From Nymphaea colorata (Eukaryota), in contig NC_045138.2 of the NCBI RefSeq assembly GCF_008831285.2, positions 9,610,001-9,674,000 of the forward strand: a stretch of 64,000 bases of DNA, read 5' to 3'. The position numbers were made by a program, and so were the translations under genes. Position 1 is the first letter of the stretch, and each line of letters begins with the position of its first letter. Positions 13,501-26,952 of this stretch are shown here, one piece after another. Under the pieces are notes generated by a model, which had not been told where the DNA came from, did not search any database, and was given only the letters and a program-made list of their open reading frames with translations.

Positions 13501-13602
13501 CTCAAGGCGGACTTCTGGTGCACACAAAATGAGTTTCTTCTCAACGCCTACGCTAGTGGGAGCTACGGCAACTTCAGGATGAACCATTTCAGCTTCTTCT
13601 AG
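10513..13602 (+). CDS. Small heavy-metal-associated (HMA) domain protein, HPP type (no CaaX), 93 aa
   Basis: Exons 10513-10518 (ATG GAG|GT), 11412-11487 and 13403-13602. All introns are GT-AG, phases fit, total 282 nt. Protein METVELKVEMVGMHCERRIRKSLSKIKGIEKVDVDVSTQKVVVTGYVHRNRVLKALRRSGLKADFW...HFSFF fits the plant HMA/ATX1-like pattern (VELKV...KG...VDV..QKVVVTG..A.FW). An in-frame stop lies upstream at 10483. Exon 1 is inferred. Confidence 0.85.
12362..12622. mobile_element. hAT-type MITE in HMA gene intron 2
   Basis: TIR CATTGTCA.../...TGACAATG. 8-bp TSD CTCCCAAG (12354-12361)/CTCCCAAA (12623-12630). Confidence 0.75.
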
Positions 13603-16600
13603 CTACCTAATATCCTCATCTCGCACTTTTACAGAATCTGTCCTACAAATCGCTCTACACATGTGTTCATCCCTTTTCTGCCTTTCTTTTTCTTCTTTTA
13701 TGTGAATTTCAAGGGAGGGTGGCAACCTCACCAGCTCTCTCTCTCTCTCTCTCTCTCTCTTCCTTTATTTTATTTCTTTAAAAAGTGTTCGGTGAGTTGG
13801 GTAATGTCCATAATGCAAAAATGGTCCTTTTTTTCCGTTCTTTTTTTATAAATATCAACTTCCCGTAAGGTATTATTCCATGCTTCCTTGCTCTGTTTTG
13901 TTTCTTCGGAAGCTAGACGTTTATCTTAAAAGAAATGTTTCATTATCTTGAATGACTTTTCCTTTGTAAAGGTGAAAGTTGGGACCCAAGAAAGCACCTT
14001 CTTTGACACTTACTTACGGTATGTGAAGTTCATCATTGCATGCCTAAGCAGCGTGCTGCCACGTGAATGGCTGTGGACCGGTCTGATTTTGACCTTCTCA
14101 ATTCCGAATAGTACTTCTGACTTAATTTCTACCGGTTGGCCCCCTTACTGGCCCTTATCGATAAGAGGGTGCCTCCTCGTTAGCCTCTCTTTCCTTCTTT
14201 GGGTCACGCAAAAAATTCCACCTGCCAAAAAAGATTGTTTATTCAGTTGTTTTCTTAAACTATAAGGTAGAGTTTTTTTTTTTTTTTTTTTTAGATTTTT
14301 ACAAGAGAGTATTATGACCATCCTTTATTATGTCAAGAGCTTGAGACGCAACCATAGGGAAGAAAATGAATTCACTTATGAACTTGCAGAATAGAATGGT
14401 ACATGTGTATCAGTCGAGACAATTTATCAATAATGCAGGATCTTCTCCCATTGAGGCTTGATAAAGCTTGGACAACCCAGTGAAATTGCAAGGCTACATA
14501 GCCGAAGCCTCCATCACAGCCTTTGCAGCCAAGAACGATGCTTTCATCTCCTTTGCATGCCTCAAACCTATGGGTGGCACCATCTTGTTGTCTTCTGTGT
14601 TATCATCCCTAGGATCAATATGTGAAGGAGCATTACACTAACTGGTACTCCACCTTGTACAGACTGTTTTTCCTCTTCAGCAAATGCTACAATAAGCACA
14701 ATCATTGTTCCAAAGATACTTTGCAGCCAAAGCGAAGCGAGTGTGCTTATGAAAAGTGAAAGATCATTCAACCAGCATAGGAAAGATTCAGCATTTACAT
14801 AAATCATAACTGTTAGGAACCAGGTATAGCAATTTGTCAGAGATCGCACCACACACATATGGCACACCGTGAGGAAATTAGTTTATTTTTGCAGCTGGAT
14901 TGTTGTGCTCTATGCCAAGTCTTCAAGAAATTTTGGAGAAACTATTTAGCTGTATCAGAAAGAAATTTAATTGCTACTGAGAATAAGCAGAAAAGTGGAA
15001 AGGGTTAGTCATTTATGCAATGTAACATCAATGGCAGATGATGGAAAGTACAATATTCAATCATTCAAATTATTATAATTCTATCCCGCTTACTGAATCA
15101 GTGAATCTAACATTGAAAACATATGTTAAATGTACTTTAGATGCCAAAATAAGAACAAAATTAGGGCAAAATCTTAGTTACAACTTTTGTTGTTTCTAAT
15201 TCTGCCATCTAGAAAAAAAAAGAACAGGAAATGGTGGTGAATATAATGTTATAATTTACATATGCGGTTGCAGTAAAGAACTGAAATTGAAGTTCTACTT
15301 CTTCACAACATTGGTTAAAAGGTCAAGTTTGTGTTGTTAAGCACTGGGAAAGGTGTTGCAACGGCATCTTACTTTTACACCTTTAAAGTTTTGAATCATG
15401 CAGTGGTTGTGTGTTAGGTGTTATGCAAAAAAAAAAAAAAAACATGCCTTTTTTTGTTAGCATTAAGTATATATTAATAAACAACAATGGCAATGTGGCT
15501 AAAAGAAAACAAAGTTAGTTGTTCCCCATATGTGACATAAATTAACACCACCTTAAATTCTCAAGGTTTTTAAACTCTAAAGAAGAATCAAGACCTATGA
15601 AGTTTGTGTCTATGGCTGTAGTACTTTGCCAAAAAATCACCAAAACCTCATAAATTTTTGAAATAATTCTAAATTTTACAGATAACTAGTCACATGATTC
15701 AAAACTCGATATTGAGGAACTTCAAATTTATAGTTGGCATGCTTAACCTTTTTGTGATCATTCTATGATGTTGTTGTTCTTTTGCATGAAACATGAAACT
15801 ATAGAATGTTTGAAGATGGTGCATTAACTTTTATTGCATGTTACATTTGAAATCTGTGTTTCCTAATATATTTCATTCAATCCCAACTAAAGACAGTGAA
15901 GAAACATATGGTCATGGGTTTGGATCTTAGAAAGTCTTGTTGTTGACAATATGACAAGTATGCCAACTCATTCTATCTTATGGCCATTTGATGTTTGACA
16001 ACGTTTATGAGGTTGATGAATCAATTCCTTATATTGTGTTTAGCAATGTCCCTCTTTAGCTCACCTTAAACAAAAATTTAGTGTAGAAAAGGTTCCCTGA
16101 ATAAAGTCATGCTTTCAATTGTTCAAAGTCTCAGTTCAATGTAGTGCAATGAGATTAGTTCAAGCACTCAACTTCATCATTAAAATTGTTAACTTGAAAA
16201 TGCGTACAGTGAAAATAACTACACAAAGACTTATGTCATGCTAAATTAAAATGTTGGAAACACTTCATTGATTGTTTTAAACAATTTGCTAAGCTTGCAA
16301 ACTATCAATTTGTTTCATGCAATAACTATCATACATGCAACTGCTCCCCGCAACATTGTTCTCTATTGTTAAGACAAATATGGTTAGCTGTGGTGAAGAC
16401 ATTTATAAAGATAGACTTGAAAATCTCGTTCGTAGCCATCGAGAAAGAGATAAGGAAGGAGAAGCAGGCCCCTCCTATCATGATCTATTAAAATCTCCAT
16501 GGTCAAATGAAAGGAGAAAATCTTACCTAAAATGTCGCATGAATGTCTTTTAAAGCTAGACTGTAAATCCAAAAAAAAAATGTGAAGGATATCATGCATG

Positions 16601-16676
16601 TGTACCAGCAGGTACTTGATCCCTGAAATCTTTCACCACCTCATCTCTTCTTCAAGGTGAAATTCAATTATAAAAG

Positions 16677-19600
16677 TGTAATCACCCCAATTTTTTTCCA
16701 AATTTTTATGTTCTTTCACCAAAACACAAAACTTTAGATCTGAGGTTCAAATCCCAAAATCCAATTTTTGAATCCAAATTAGATCCAAAACCCAAGTTTA
16801 GATCCAAATCAAGCATTTGAAACTCAAAATCCAAAATCGAGTTCAAAACAACAAAGTCTTGTGCTAAAATAGTTGTGCGAGCGTGCACAGACCTCTCTCT
16901 TGGTTTACGCTTCGTCCTCGCACCAAAATACGCTTTTGAAGCTTAAAACGAAGCCAACCATACTTTTATAATGAAAAAAAACCAATTTTATACACTTTCT
17001 AAATAAATTAAACAAAAAAATGGGTTTTATGCTCATTTTATCTCATTTTTTATTTCATATTATTTTATAAAAAAGGTTTTTTTGTGCGTCCCGCGACGAG
17101 CAGTTGAGCGACCGCACATCGTGCAATGCACAGTCACGCAACAGCATGCACACAATCGCGCGACGCATGGTCGCTCGGCAACATGTGCGACCGTGTGACC
17201 ACGTGCGCGATGCATGGGCGCATGCCCTCAAGCACGTTTTCACAATGGCGTGCATTGTCAAGCCCCATTTTCCTTGAAAATCGACCGTTGGAGGGCATTT
17301 CTAAACGTTTTAGGTGGGGTAGCCTGCCTACAGCTCAAAAAGAGATTTGCAAGCTTAATGGCCAATCATACTCACTCAAAACCTATTTTGTTTTTAAGAA
17401 AAATTGAAAATAATTCAAAATTATTTAAAATTCATATGAAAATGTTGTGAAATTAAACAAAAATCAAATTTTGAACTTTTTCTCCAAAACTCTTTATAAA
17501 AACCCTCATTTTCCTCCCTCTTCAGCATGAGCTAGCCTTTGGAGAAGCTCTAGTGCATTCTCACTTGAGAACTTAGAGTTTTTTGCTCTTATCATCCATT
17601 TCATTCTTCTTCTTTCTTTTCATTCTTCTTCTCCAACTTTGGGAGCAAACTTCCTCAAGCAAGAACTCTTCAAGAGAGCACAAAAGATCTCTTTGAGGTA
17701 TCCTCTTCATCATTTTAGAGCTTCATTCAAGATGAATCTAGGATCACTCGAAGCAAGGGAGATCATTTTTTCCTAAAATCATTTTCATTTAGAGGTATGT
17801 AATCAATATCTCATTATATTCTTTTTATTGTTTCTTTCATTCTTCATCTTTATATGGCCATATGAGATAGCTCTCAAATCTCTATTTTAAAGTTAAAAAC
17901 CTATGCTCGAGTGCACCGGAAGCATGAGAAGGTGAAGTATTATTTCATTTTATGATTGAATCATGCTATGTATTTTCTTGAATGTAGCCTTATTTTGGTT
18001 CTCTTATTTCCTCTCTTTTTTAACTCCTCATGGTCATATAAGATAGCTCTAAAATCCCCTTTTCGGAGTCAAAAAACTATTCTTGATTGTACCATGACCA
18101 TGAGAAGATGAGATGATATTTCATCTTATGATTGCATCATGTTCTATCTTTTCTTGAATATAGTCTTGTTTTGGTTTTCTTATTTCCTCTCCTCATCATC
18201 TCTCGATGGCCATAGGAGATAGTTCTCAAATCTCTGTTTTAGAGTCAATAAGCTATGCTTGAGTGCACCGGGAGTATGAGAAGATGAAATAATATTTCAT
18301 TTTATGGTTGAATCATGTTCTCTTTCTTTTCTTGAATATTGTTTTGTTTTAAGATATTATCCATGTTAGTTGTTTGATTTTTCATTTATATGTAAATGCA
18401 CGATGAGAATGAGAGTATGGTTTAGGATTTTCTCTTTATTCTATGTTAATTTTTGAGGTTGGGACTTGTCCAACCTGAAAAAAACCATCACGAATATGTA
18501 CATGTTGATATGCATTTTCATGTCATTTTGCGTTAGTTTTATTTTTAATCATCTGATTAAGAACTCTAATGAGCACCTTATCATATGGTTCGGTTTTCTT
18601 CCATACCCATCAGTGGAAGAGACATATTCCCTTATAACAAACAAAGTAACTAGGTTTTATGTTCATATATAAAAAATTATTTGAAATCATGATTTCCAAA
18701 ATATTTTCGAAAGAACTCTTGTAATCTTCATCCTTCTCTTTCTATGTTTCTATATTTTATTTCAAAAATTTTCATATACACAAGAATTCGTATATATATG
18801 TGTTCTGTTCTCTCTTTCTAAAATCTCCCTTTCTTTTCAAATCAACATTTCCTTTTTATAAACTTTCATATATGTGTATATATGATGGTATGTACACGTA
18901 TATGTACATCTTTTTCTACATCTCTCTCTTCTTGTATATTTCTCTTGTGATCAAATCTTTCATCTTTTTCATTCTTTTTTAACATTTTTTCTCTCAAAAA
19001 TTTTTTATTTACCAAATTTACTAAGACCAAAAATCAAGTAATGACCTAATATTGGATTCAATTCAATCCATTTTCAAAAAATTTTCCTTCTTATATATGA
19101 TAATTATAAAAACAAAAATCTTATATGTTTGTTATGGTATGAATACTTTTAGATGAATGTTATAGTAGGAATGTTTTATTTTCTTTTAGTCATATATGAT
19201 CAATACATTCATGCATCCACATTCACTTAACATCACAAATGACCACAAACACTACTCCAAAGAACTTAAGTAAGATGAGATAGAGTTCTAACTAGGTAGT
19301 AACCGAATTAGAACAAAATCTTAAACCTACTTAAAGTCTTAAGAGAACACTAAAATGACTTCAAAATGATTTCCTAAGCTTTCCAAATGTTATTTGTATT
19401 CCAATTCTAGTTTTCCCCAAAATGTTTCACATTCTCAAGTAATTCTTCAAAAACCTTTTCAAAAGCTTAAAACATCAAACATTTAATATTTTTCTACACT
19501 GCATATAGAATGAGAAAATATGTTTAAGCCAAAATGAAATACATCAATAATAAACATAGCCATTGGATTGATTACCTTGGTAAATGTGTCGGGAACGGTC

Positions 19601-19699
19601 AATCCTTATACCGAGCGAGTCACTTTCTCTCTCATTTTCAAAACAAAAACTCATTTTTCTGTAGCACTCCAAAAACCAAAAATTTTGAGGATGCAAACA
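16677..19699 (+). mobile_element. Solo LTR (3023 bp), probably from a large Ty3/gypsy (Athila/Tat-type) element
   Basis: Starts TGTAATCACCCCAA and ends TTTTGAGGATGCAAACA. Perfect 5-bp TSD AAAAG at 16672-16676 and 19700-19704. No coding remnants. Lineage and orientation are inferred from size and end motifs. Confidence 0.8.
17854..18350. repeat. 176-bp diverged tandem repeat (about 2.8 copies) inside the solo LTR
   Basis: Units begin ATGGCCATATGAGATAGCTCTC (17854), ATGGTCATATAAGATAGCTCT (18030) and ATGGCCATAGGAGATAGTTCTC (18206). Confidence 0.85.
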
Positions 19700-22600
19700 A
19701 AAAGTTTCATAATGACATCTAGTGGTCATGTGTGTCATGGTTATGGAGCCATGTATAATTGTATGCATTATGTTATTGAGTTCTCGTAAGTTTGCTTCCT
19801 CATTTTATTATTGTTCATAATATAGAGCCTTCAGTAGTTGTCCTACCTTCATCAACCATGGCTTTTACATTTGCAATCTAATAAAATACCTTCTTTGCTT
19901 GGTTTTGAATCAAAACAAGTATTTGCTATGGAAATCTCAAATAGAGTCAGTGATGTTTAGTCAAGACCTATTGAAATGCATTGATGGTTTGTACAAATAC
20001 CTTACAACAGTTTTTTATGGACAATATTGTACGGAATTCCAATTTAACACATCTCTCATGGAAATGTGCAAATCAATTACTTTTTAAGTGAATCAAATCT
20101 ACTATCTCTAAACATATTCTAAGTCAAATTATTCACCACAAGAATGCTAGTTTGGTCAGACTATTCTTAGAGAAGATGTTTGCATCAATGTCCAGCCTTT
20201 TAATTCTTCAAGTGAAGTGTGACCTTCAAAATGTGTCAAAATCATACAAAAATATGGGAGAGTGCTCTAATCCTGTGAAGTTCTTAGCAGACCCATTAAG
20301 TGCTTAGGTGAGCCTGTCAAGGAAGCTAATTTGGTTATGTTCATATTAAATGGTCTTGAAAGTGAGCATGAAAGTTTTATCACCATTGTGACAACTTTCA
20401 AGATGTTGTCATCTTTTTCTGAAATGTATGATCTTTTTATAAATCAAGAAAAGATGATGGAGTTCCTTAAAAGCAAGCAATAGGTGTCGTCTAGGTCCTT
20501 GGTTGTAGCTTATTCACCCAAGAGCCTGAGGTCATCAAAGAGGTCAATATCGAGGTCGTGGTAGAAAAAGAAGGCATCATAGTGCAAATTCTCAAGGTGG
20601 TGGCCATGGAAATCAAGGTCAGTATGAGAATAAATCTCCGGTAATGTGTTAGATCTGTCACATGGAAGCCACACTGTTAGAAATTGTTACAACCTACCAA
20701 AGACTTTTGTCGCCACAACAATAAAATTCATGCAAGTTAGTGATTCCTTGATACTAAGGTGACAAACCATGTAATTTCATCTCATCAAGATATGATGACA
20801 AAACATGAATATAGTAGGGCATAAGGTGTCAAGGATGTCAACGCTATGTATGTTCCTATTTCTAATATGAGTACATGATGCATTTGACACATAAAAATAA
20901 TATATTTCAGCTATCTCATATTCTTCATGTACCTATCTTTAAGTAGAATATTTTATATGTTTTTACATTTTACAAAGGCAGTGACTACAGTTTTGAATTT
21001 ATTAATCCATATCTTTTCTATTAAAGATGAAAAGAACATGACAATGATGAAAGAAAAAATAAAGGAGGAGTATATGTGTTGCTGACTGATTAAGGGAGTG
21101 GTTAGACGATGCATTGATTTCCTTAATTTGCTAATGTTGCTTCTAGTTTGATGTCAACATTTGGTGGCATGCTAGATTCAGTCATGTTAATGAATGTGCT
21201 ATGGTTGTTTTAAAAAATAAGAATGTTTTTTTGGAAAACGAGAATTGAAGGAAAGAACTTTGCTCTGGTTGTGCTCTTGCTAAATCACATCATCCTCCAT
21301 TTAAATTCCCAATTCATGACAAAATTGCTCCATTAGAATTATTTATATTGACTTATGTTGACCAGATATCGTGAATTTAAGAAAAAAATTAGATACTATA
21401 TGCTCTTGATTGATGATAATTCATGTTTTAGTTGGCTCTTTCCTTTAAAGTAGAAGAATGATGTCCTAACCAATTTCAAAGTTTTCAAAAGTATTGTTGA
21501 AAATCAAGTTGGCTCTAAAATAAATACTTTTCAAATTGATAGTGGTGGAAAGTTTATCAATGATGTTTATTCTACATTTCTAAATTCAAATAGGTTTAAA
21601 CAATGGATTTCATGCTTGAACAAATGGTTTGGTTGAACAAAAACACATGCATATAATTGAAATTGGTCTGGCTATGCTAATTCACGCTTCCATACTTGTG
21701 CTAATTAAATACTTTTTAAATTGTTATGTACATCATGAACCATATAGCAGCTCGAAACCTTAATAATCAAGACACCCTATGAGAAGTTATTTGGTGAAAA
21801 GCCAGTTTCAAACCATCTTAAAGTTTTCAGGTGTACTTGTTTTCCCTTTTTGGGTCTAGTTCCTCAACATACTTCAACCCAAGTAGAGACCCTGTGTTTT
21901 TCTTAGTTATGGTGCTCAATTTATGGGTTATATTTTCTTTAATCCTATGGAGAATGAACTTATTGTTTCAAGCCATGTGTTGTTGATGAAAGCAAATTTT
22001 TCCTTTCATAATGCTAATGCCCTGTCAATGTTTAAAAAGTGTGTATTCATATTCTTGGTTAAAAGAATGTTGTTATTGTTGTCTGGAAGCCACATGAGCC
22101 CAATCAAGCATTGAAACCAACACTTCTTCCCTTTAGCAATTGAGAGACATGCTCAAGTAACAGCCTAATTGTATCACCTAGTCTCTCCATTCTATTTCAT
22201 CTAAGTTGCTCAATTGCCCTAGGAATTACCTTATAGTTGACTTTAATCCTTCATTTCCCTCTTTTATTCAACATCTTAGTGTTTTCTTTGCATGAGTCAG
22301 GCCCCACTTAGTCCCATCACATGGTTATTGGAAACATGGATGGGACTTTTAGACCTCATCTCTTTCAAGCTCTCTACCCTATTTTCAATGAACAAACTTG
22401 TGTTATTCAAGACTCCTATTAGCCAGTTACTTTTGACCAAGCTAAATTGTTTCATAAATGATGAGATGCAATATAATAAGAGATGGATGCCCTCATGCGA
22501 ATTCATATTTGCTCCATTCTTCTCATGATAATGTTCTCAATATTATTGTTGGACATAAGTGGATTTATAAAAACAAATGGAATGTCGATGGATGGAAGTA

Positions 22601-24982
22601 CATTTAAGATCTGTTTATTTGGAGTGGCGTACGTTTAGCAAATTGTGTTACTACTTATGTTGCTTCTAATGTCAAACTTCAAGATATCAAGGCAAGATTT
22701 TCCAAGGTACTACTTTGTATAGAGTGTTGTTGGTAAGTTGTAATACCTACTACCTGGTCGACCAAATATTATGCATGTCATTAACAAGGCTTGCCAATTT
22801 ATGAAATTGCCTATACATGATGATCAACAAGATCATGTCAAGGAAATATGGAGATACTTGAAAGGAACTTCCAACATGGGTCATATAATTTTAATGAATG
22901 GTGTCGCTAATTTGTCAAAGTTTTTTAATGCAAATTGGTTGGGTGCTTTAAAGAAGAAGGTCAACTCAAGGATATATTGTTTACTTGAGAGACAATCTAG
23001 TGTTTTGGAAGACATCAAAATAGCAAACCCTTGTCAAGTCAATGACAAAAGACAATCCCAAGGCAATTGCAGCAGCGACTTTAGAATCTATCTAGATAGA
23101 ACAAATTCTGCAAGAACTTAGAGTTCACCATAGTGTACAGGTTGTATCATGTGGCAACTTCATGCAACATATCTAGCTACAAATCTGATTCTACGTGCTA
23201 GAGCAAAGTACATAGAAATTGACTTTTACTTTGTCAAAGAAAGTGCAAGAAAAAATAGATTCAAATTCAATTCTAAAACTATAGAAGGTAAATGCAAATA
23301 TTTTAATAAAAGCACTCACAGGTCTTCACTTTATCATGTCAAGAAACAAGTTGCATATCTAGGAGATTGCCTTCCAAGGGGACGTTAAATCAAATATGGT
23401 AAGTTGTAGGGAAGAGATTTGTGAAGATAAACTTAAAGATATCAATCATAGCTGTCAAGCAAGGGATAAGGAGAAGCATATCTCTCCTACGATGATCCCT
23501 TTAAAATCTTAAAGGTGAAAGGGAAAGGATAACATATTACCTAAAATGCCTCATGAATATCATCTAAAGTAGGATATAAATCTAAAGAAAATTGTAAATG
23601 AGGTCATGCATGTATATCAACAATTACTTGATTAATAAAATCTATCACCATCTCCTCTCTTCTTCAAGGTGGAATTTGTTGATAAGAGTTTGACAATGAG
23701 ATATAGTGGTTGTGAGCGTAGGCTTGGTTGCCAAACCATGCAAAACTACTTGCATTGTGTGATTTTGTTCTCTCAAGTTCTCCTCATTCTATTGTTTTTC
23801 AATTATAATTTATCAAGTCCAAGTACTCCCCTACCATCCCCACTCCACACACCCCACCAAAAACAAAACAAAATAAAAATTCACCATGGTTGGGCAATGG
23901 TAGTTGAGAAATTATTGTTTTTATACATGTAGCCTCAAAAATCATATTTACAATGTAAAGCTCCAAAATAATCACACAATATATTAGAGTGCCAACACAC
24001 ACACAAAAAAAAAAATCACATTTATAGTTCTGCTTTTAAAAAATATATATTTTACATTTGTTGTTCTCTCAAAAGATGCATGAAAACCTACTACCAAGAA
24101 TTTCATGCTGGTCTTTTAGTGATTCAATAAAAGGAAAGGCATTTTATGTTATAATATTGAAAATACGGACAATTTGACTACTTTCTTGCAAAATTTACCA
24201 CTCTTAAGTAAAGGGGTCCCTAAGCTGAGATGTCATAAGATCCACCTTTTCTCCTACTTGTTGATTAGCTTAATTTGTCACCCCTTTCTATAGTTTGTGC
24301 CACAAGTCATTGCATTGGAGCTACTAGTTACTATTGTAAAGAAACTTGTGTCAGAAATAGTATGCATGAACAAATGGAAAACATGGTCTACTACTTTAAG
24401 ATATTGTTCAACATCATTATGTGAAATAATGCTTTTGTATCCCTGACAATGTTGACCTCTATCTACAACAAGTCTATCGTTGCTACCCATGGTTGAGATG
24501 AGTGAGGAGTTAAATTTCTGTTAAGTAGAAAAATTAAGTAAAATAACTAGAAGATTATTTAAACAATAAAAAGAATTGTCCTGTCCTCTTAAACAGTAGA
24601 AAAGGAAAATCTCAAAGATTTTGCATTGTATAGAAATTGTGACATTGCATTTAAATTGTATGTCCACACTGTTTGTGCTTAGTAGAAATCAACCCTGCTT
24701 CATCGATGCCTCAAAATTAAATGTCTTAAATATTTAAGTATTATTTTCTTCACCAATGATTGTGATGATCTGAGATTGATGCACAGTTACTGCTTTAAGT
24801 TTACAATGGCAGAATGCACATCTTGCAAAAGTCAATATGGTAAGACAAATTAAAGGGGCTACATAGCTAAATTTTGCTTTTGAAAATCAAATATACCAAA
24901 TCAAGGGTGTGCCCAAAGTTACCACTAAATAAGGGGGAAAGGTGAAAGAGAAGGGAATGCTTTGAGTAAAACTACATATAAT

Positions 24983-26415
24983 AAATACTGTAAAAGGCAT
25001 ATCATACATCGACCGACCAAGCTAACCTATATGCCATATCATAATGTAGTGTAAACGTGCCCTATATTTTCTTAACTAATAACAAATAAAAAGTTAAAAG
25101 TTAAAAAAAAAAACAATCATGAAAAGTATTCTATATAAAAAAAAAACATTACATATAATATACATTGATGACTCATCGCTCACCATAATATATTAACAAC
25201 ACATTAAGAATAACTTAATAAATATGACTTGTCCTACGTCACCTTACAACATATAATTGTTGACTGCGCAAACAAGAAATGAAAATATGTTGATGATTAA
25301 CCTCATGATTATCTCCATCTTCGTTTTTTTCATAGTCATTCATATCTTTATTCTCTCTTCAAACTAGTGATTTGGGTTTATCAACAATTTCTCTCAAAAC
25401 CTGGTAAAAATTCTCCCTCTCAAACCTCTTACATGTATTAGAAATAAAAAGGGAAAGACTGATTTTAAAACGCAATAAAAATAAAATGAGAGTCAAGTCC
25501 CTTTTTACAACTTACCCCTATATCTTATGATACAACCATATTGATATAGCAGCTGTATTTTGTATGAGATACCCAGATACACCAATGATACATACAAAAA
25601 AATGTGTATCGTAAGCATATAATATAGGTCACATATGATACGGACGCGTATGGTACGATACGTATCGTATAGGTCAAGAAAACCTATACGATACGTGTTC
25701 GAAATACGATCCGCGTGCGTATCGCACGTATCGTACAATACGAAAGCTATATCGCACGATACATGCGATACACCCCTGTATCGTATGATACAAGGGTAAA
25801 ATGAAAAAGGGGCCCGATGACCCCCTTTTTTGCATCTTATTTTGAAACCTACGCTACGATACGGAGGTAAAATGAGAAAGGGGTCTGATGACCCCTTTTT
25901 TACGTCTTATTTTGAAATCTATGCTCCTCTCTCTCTCTTTTTGTTTCTAAACACTGCAAAAAACATGGGAAGGAGAGATTTTCTCTATTTGCATCAAGAT
26001 TTGTCAATGAAAAACTTTATTTCTTGTTGTGAAGAGTCTCGAGACGGTGAGAAGTGTGAAGAACGAGGGTTTTTTGGTTTCTAACACCAAGAAAATACTC
26101 AATAACTTATTTTTGCTGTTGAATCATTCATTTTTCTTATTTCCTACATTTATTTATATGTTTGTGAGGATACAATGTCCTATGTGACAGTGACATAAGT
26201 ACAATTATTATAAGCAAATTATAGTTTTGTTTGTTTTTTCAGATTTTTTTAATTTTTTTTATTTTTTTATTTTTTATAATTTTTTTAATATTTTTTACAA
26301 ATTAAAAAATTGATTTTAAGATACAACATATAAGTCAACCCAACCGATATGCCATTCAATACGACAGTGATAACATTGATCATAAGTAATGTATACGATA
26401 ATACAGATAACATTG
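24983..26415. mobile_element. Degenerate non-autonomous DNA transposon remnant (hAT-like), CGATA/TATCG-rich
   Basis: Dense GATACG/CGTATC motifs at 25520-25790, a 71-bp tandem duplication (25795/25866), and hAT-like ends GATAACATTG at 26378 and 26415. Left end and TSD are uncertain. Confidence 0.4.
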
Positions 26416-26952
26416 CATTCAAAGATAGGCTGTGAGATTCAAGAAAACAATTGATAAAATTGGAAGCAAGTAAAACTTTAGAAAGGTGAGGCTACTTCGG
26501 TAACCATCGCAAGGCTTCGGACAAACACGCAACCAGTGGGCAAGCAGGCCCGTAGAAAGAGGGTGCAGAAAATATACTCGAGATTGCAAAACACTCCACC
26601 CCCATCGGGTAGTTAGAGAGCTACAACCAGAAGAGACTCGGAGAGAGCACCAAGCAAACCAAAAGCCAGAAAACAGAACTCCCTAAAACTTCAAACAAGC
26701 CACCGAAATGCCCACAGGGGAGGGTGGAGAGACAGAGAACTGATTCATAGGGTAAGACCTCAGTTTTTTAACTGTTTGAACAAATAGAAAGCTCACAAGA
26801 AAGCAGGGAGAAGTGCACCTTCTATTCAGACAGGCTTGTACATAAGTTACAGACTTGCGTCTTACGGCAGAGATAAACAATAGGTACCAAACTGGATTTT
26901 ACACCTGCTAAAATACAGGAGGATGAGAAAAATTGTTATGATGGCACCATGA

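Larger units (their letters stand above)
16367..23801 (+). mobile_element. Ancient, internally deleted Ty1/copia element (Ale/Retrofit-like) with interrupted 5' LTR
   Basis: The 5' LTR (16367-16676 plus 19700-19817) aligns along its length with the 3' LTR (23383-23801), though heavily diverged. Decayed PBS TAATATAGAGCC (19818-19829) and PPT AAGGGGA (23376-23382). Remnants of gag (NKYLLWKSQIES, ILNGLESEH), integrase (FQIDSGGKF) and RNase H (YLATNLILRARAKYIEIDFYFVKE). TSD not convincing. Confidence 0.8.
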
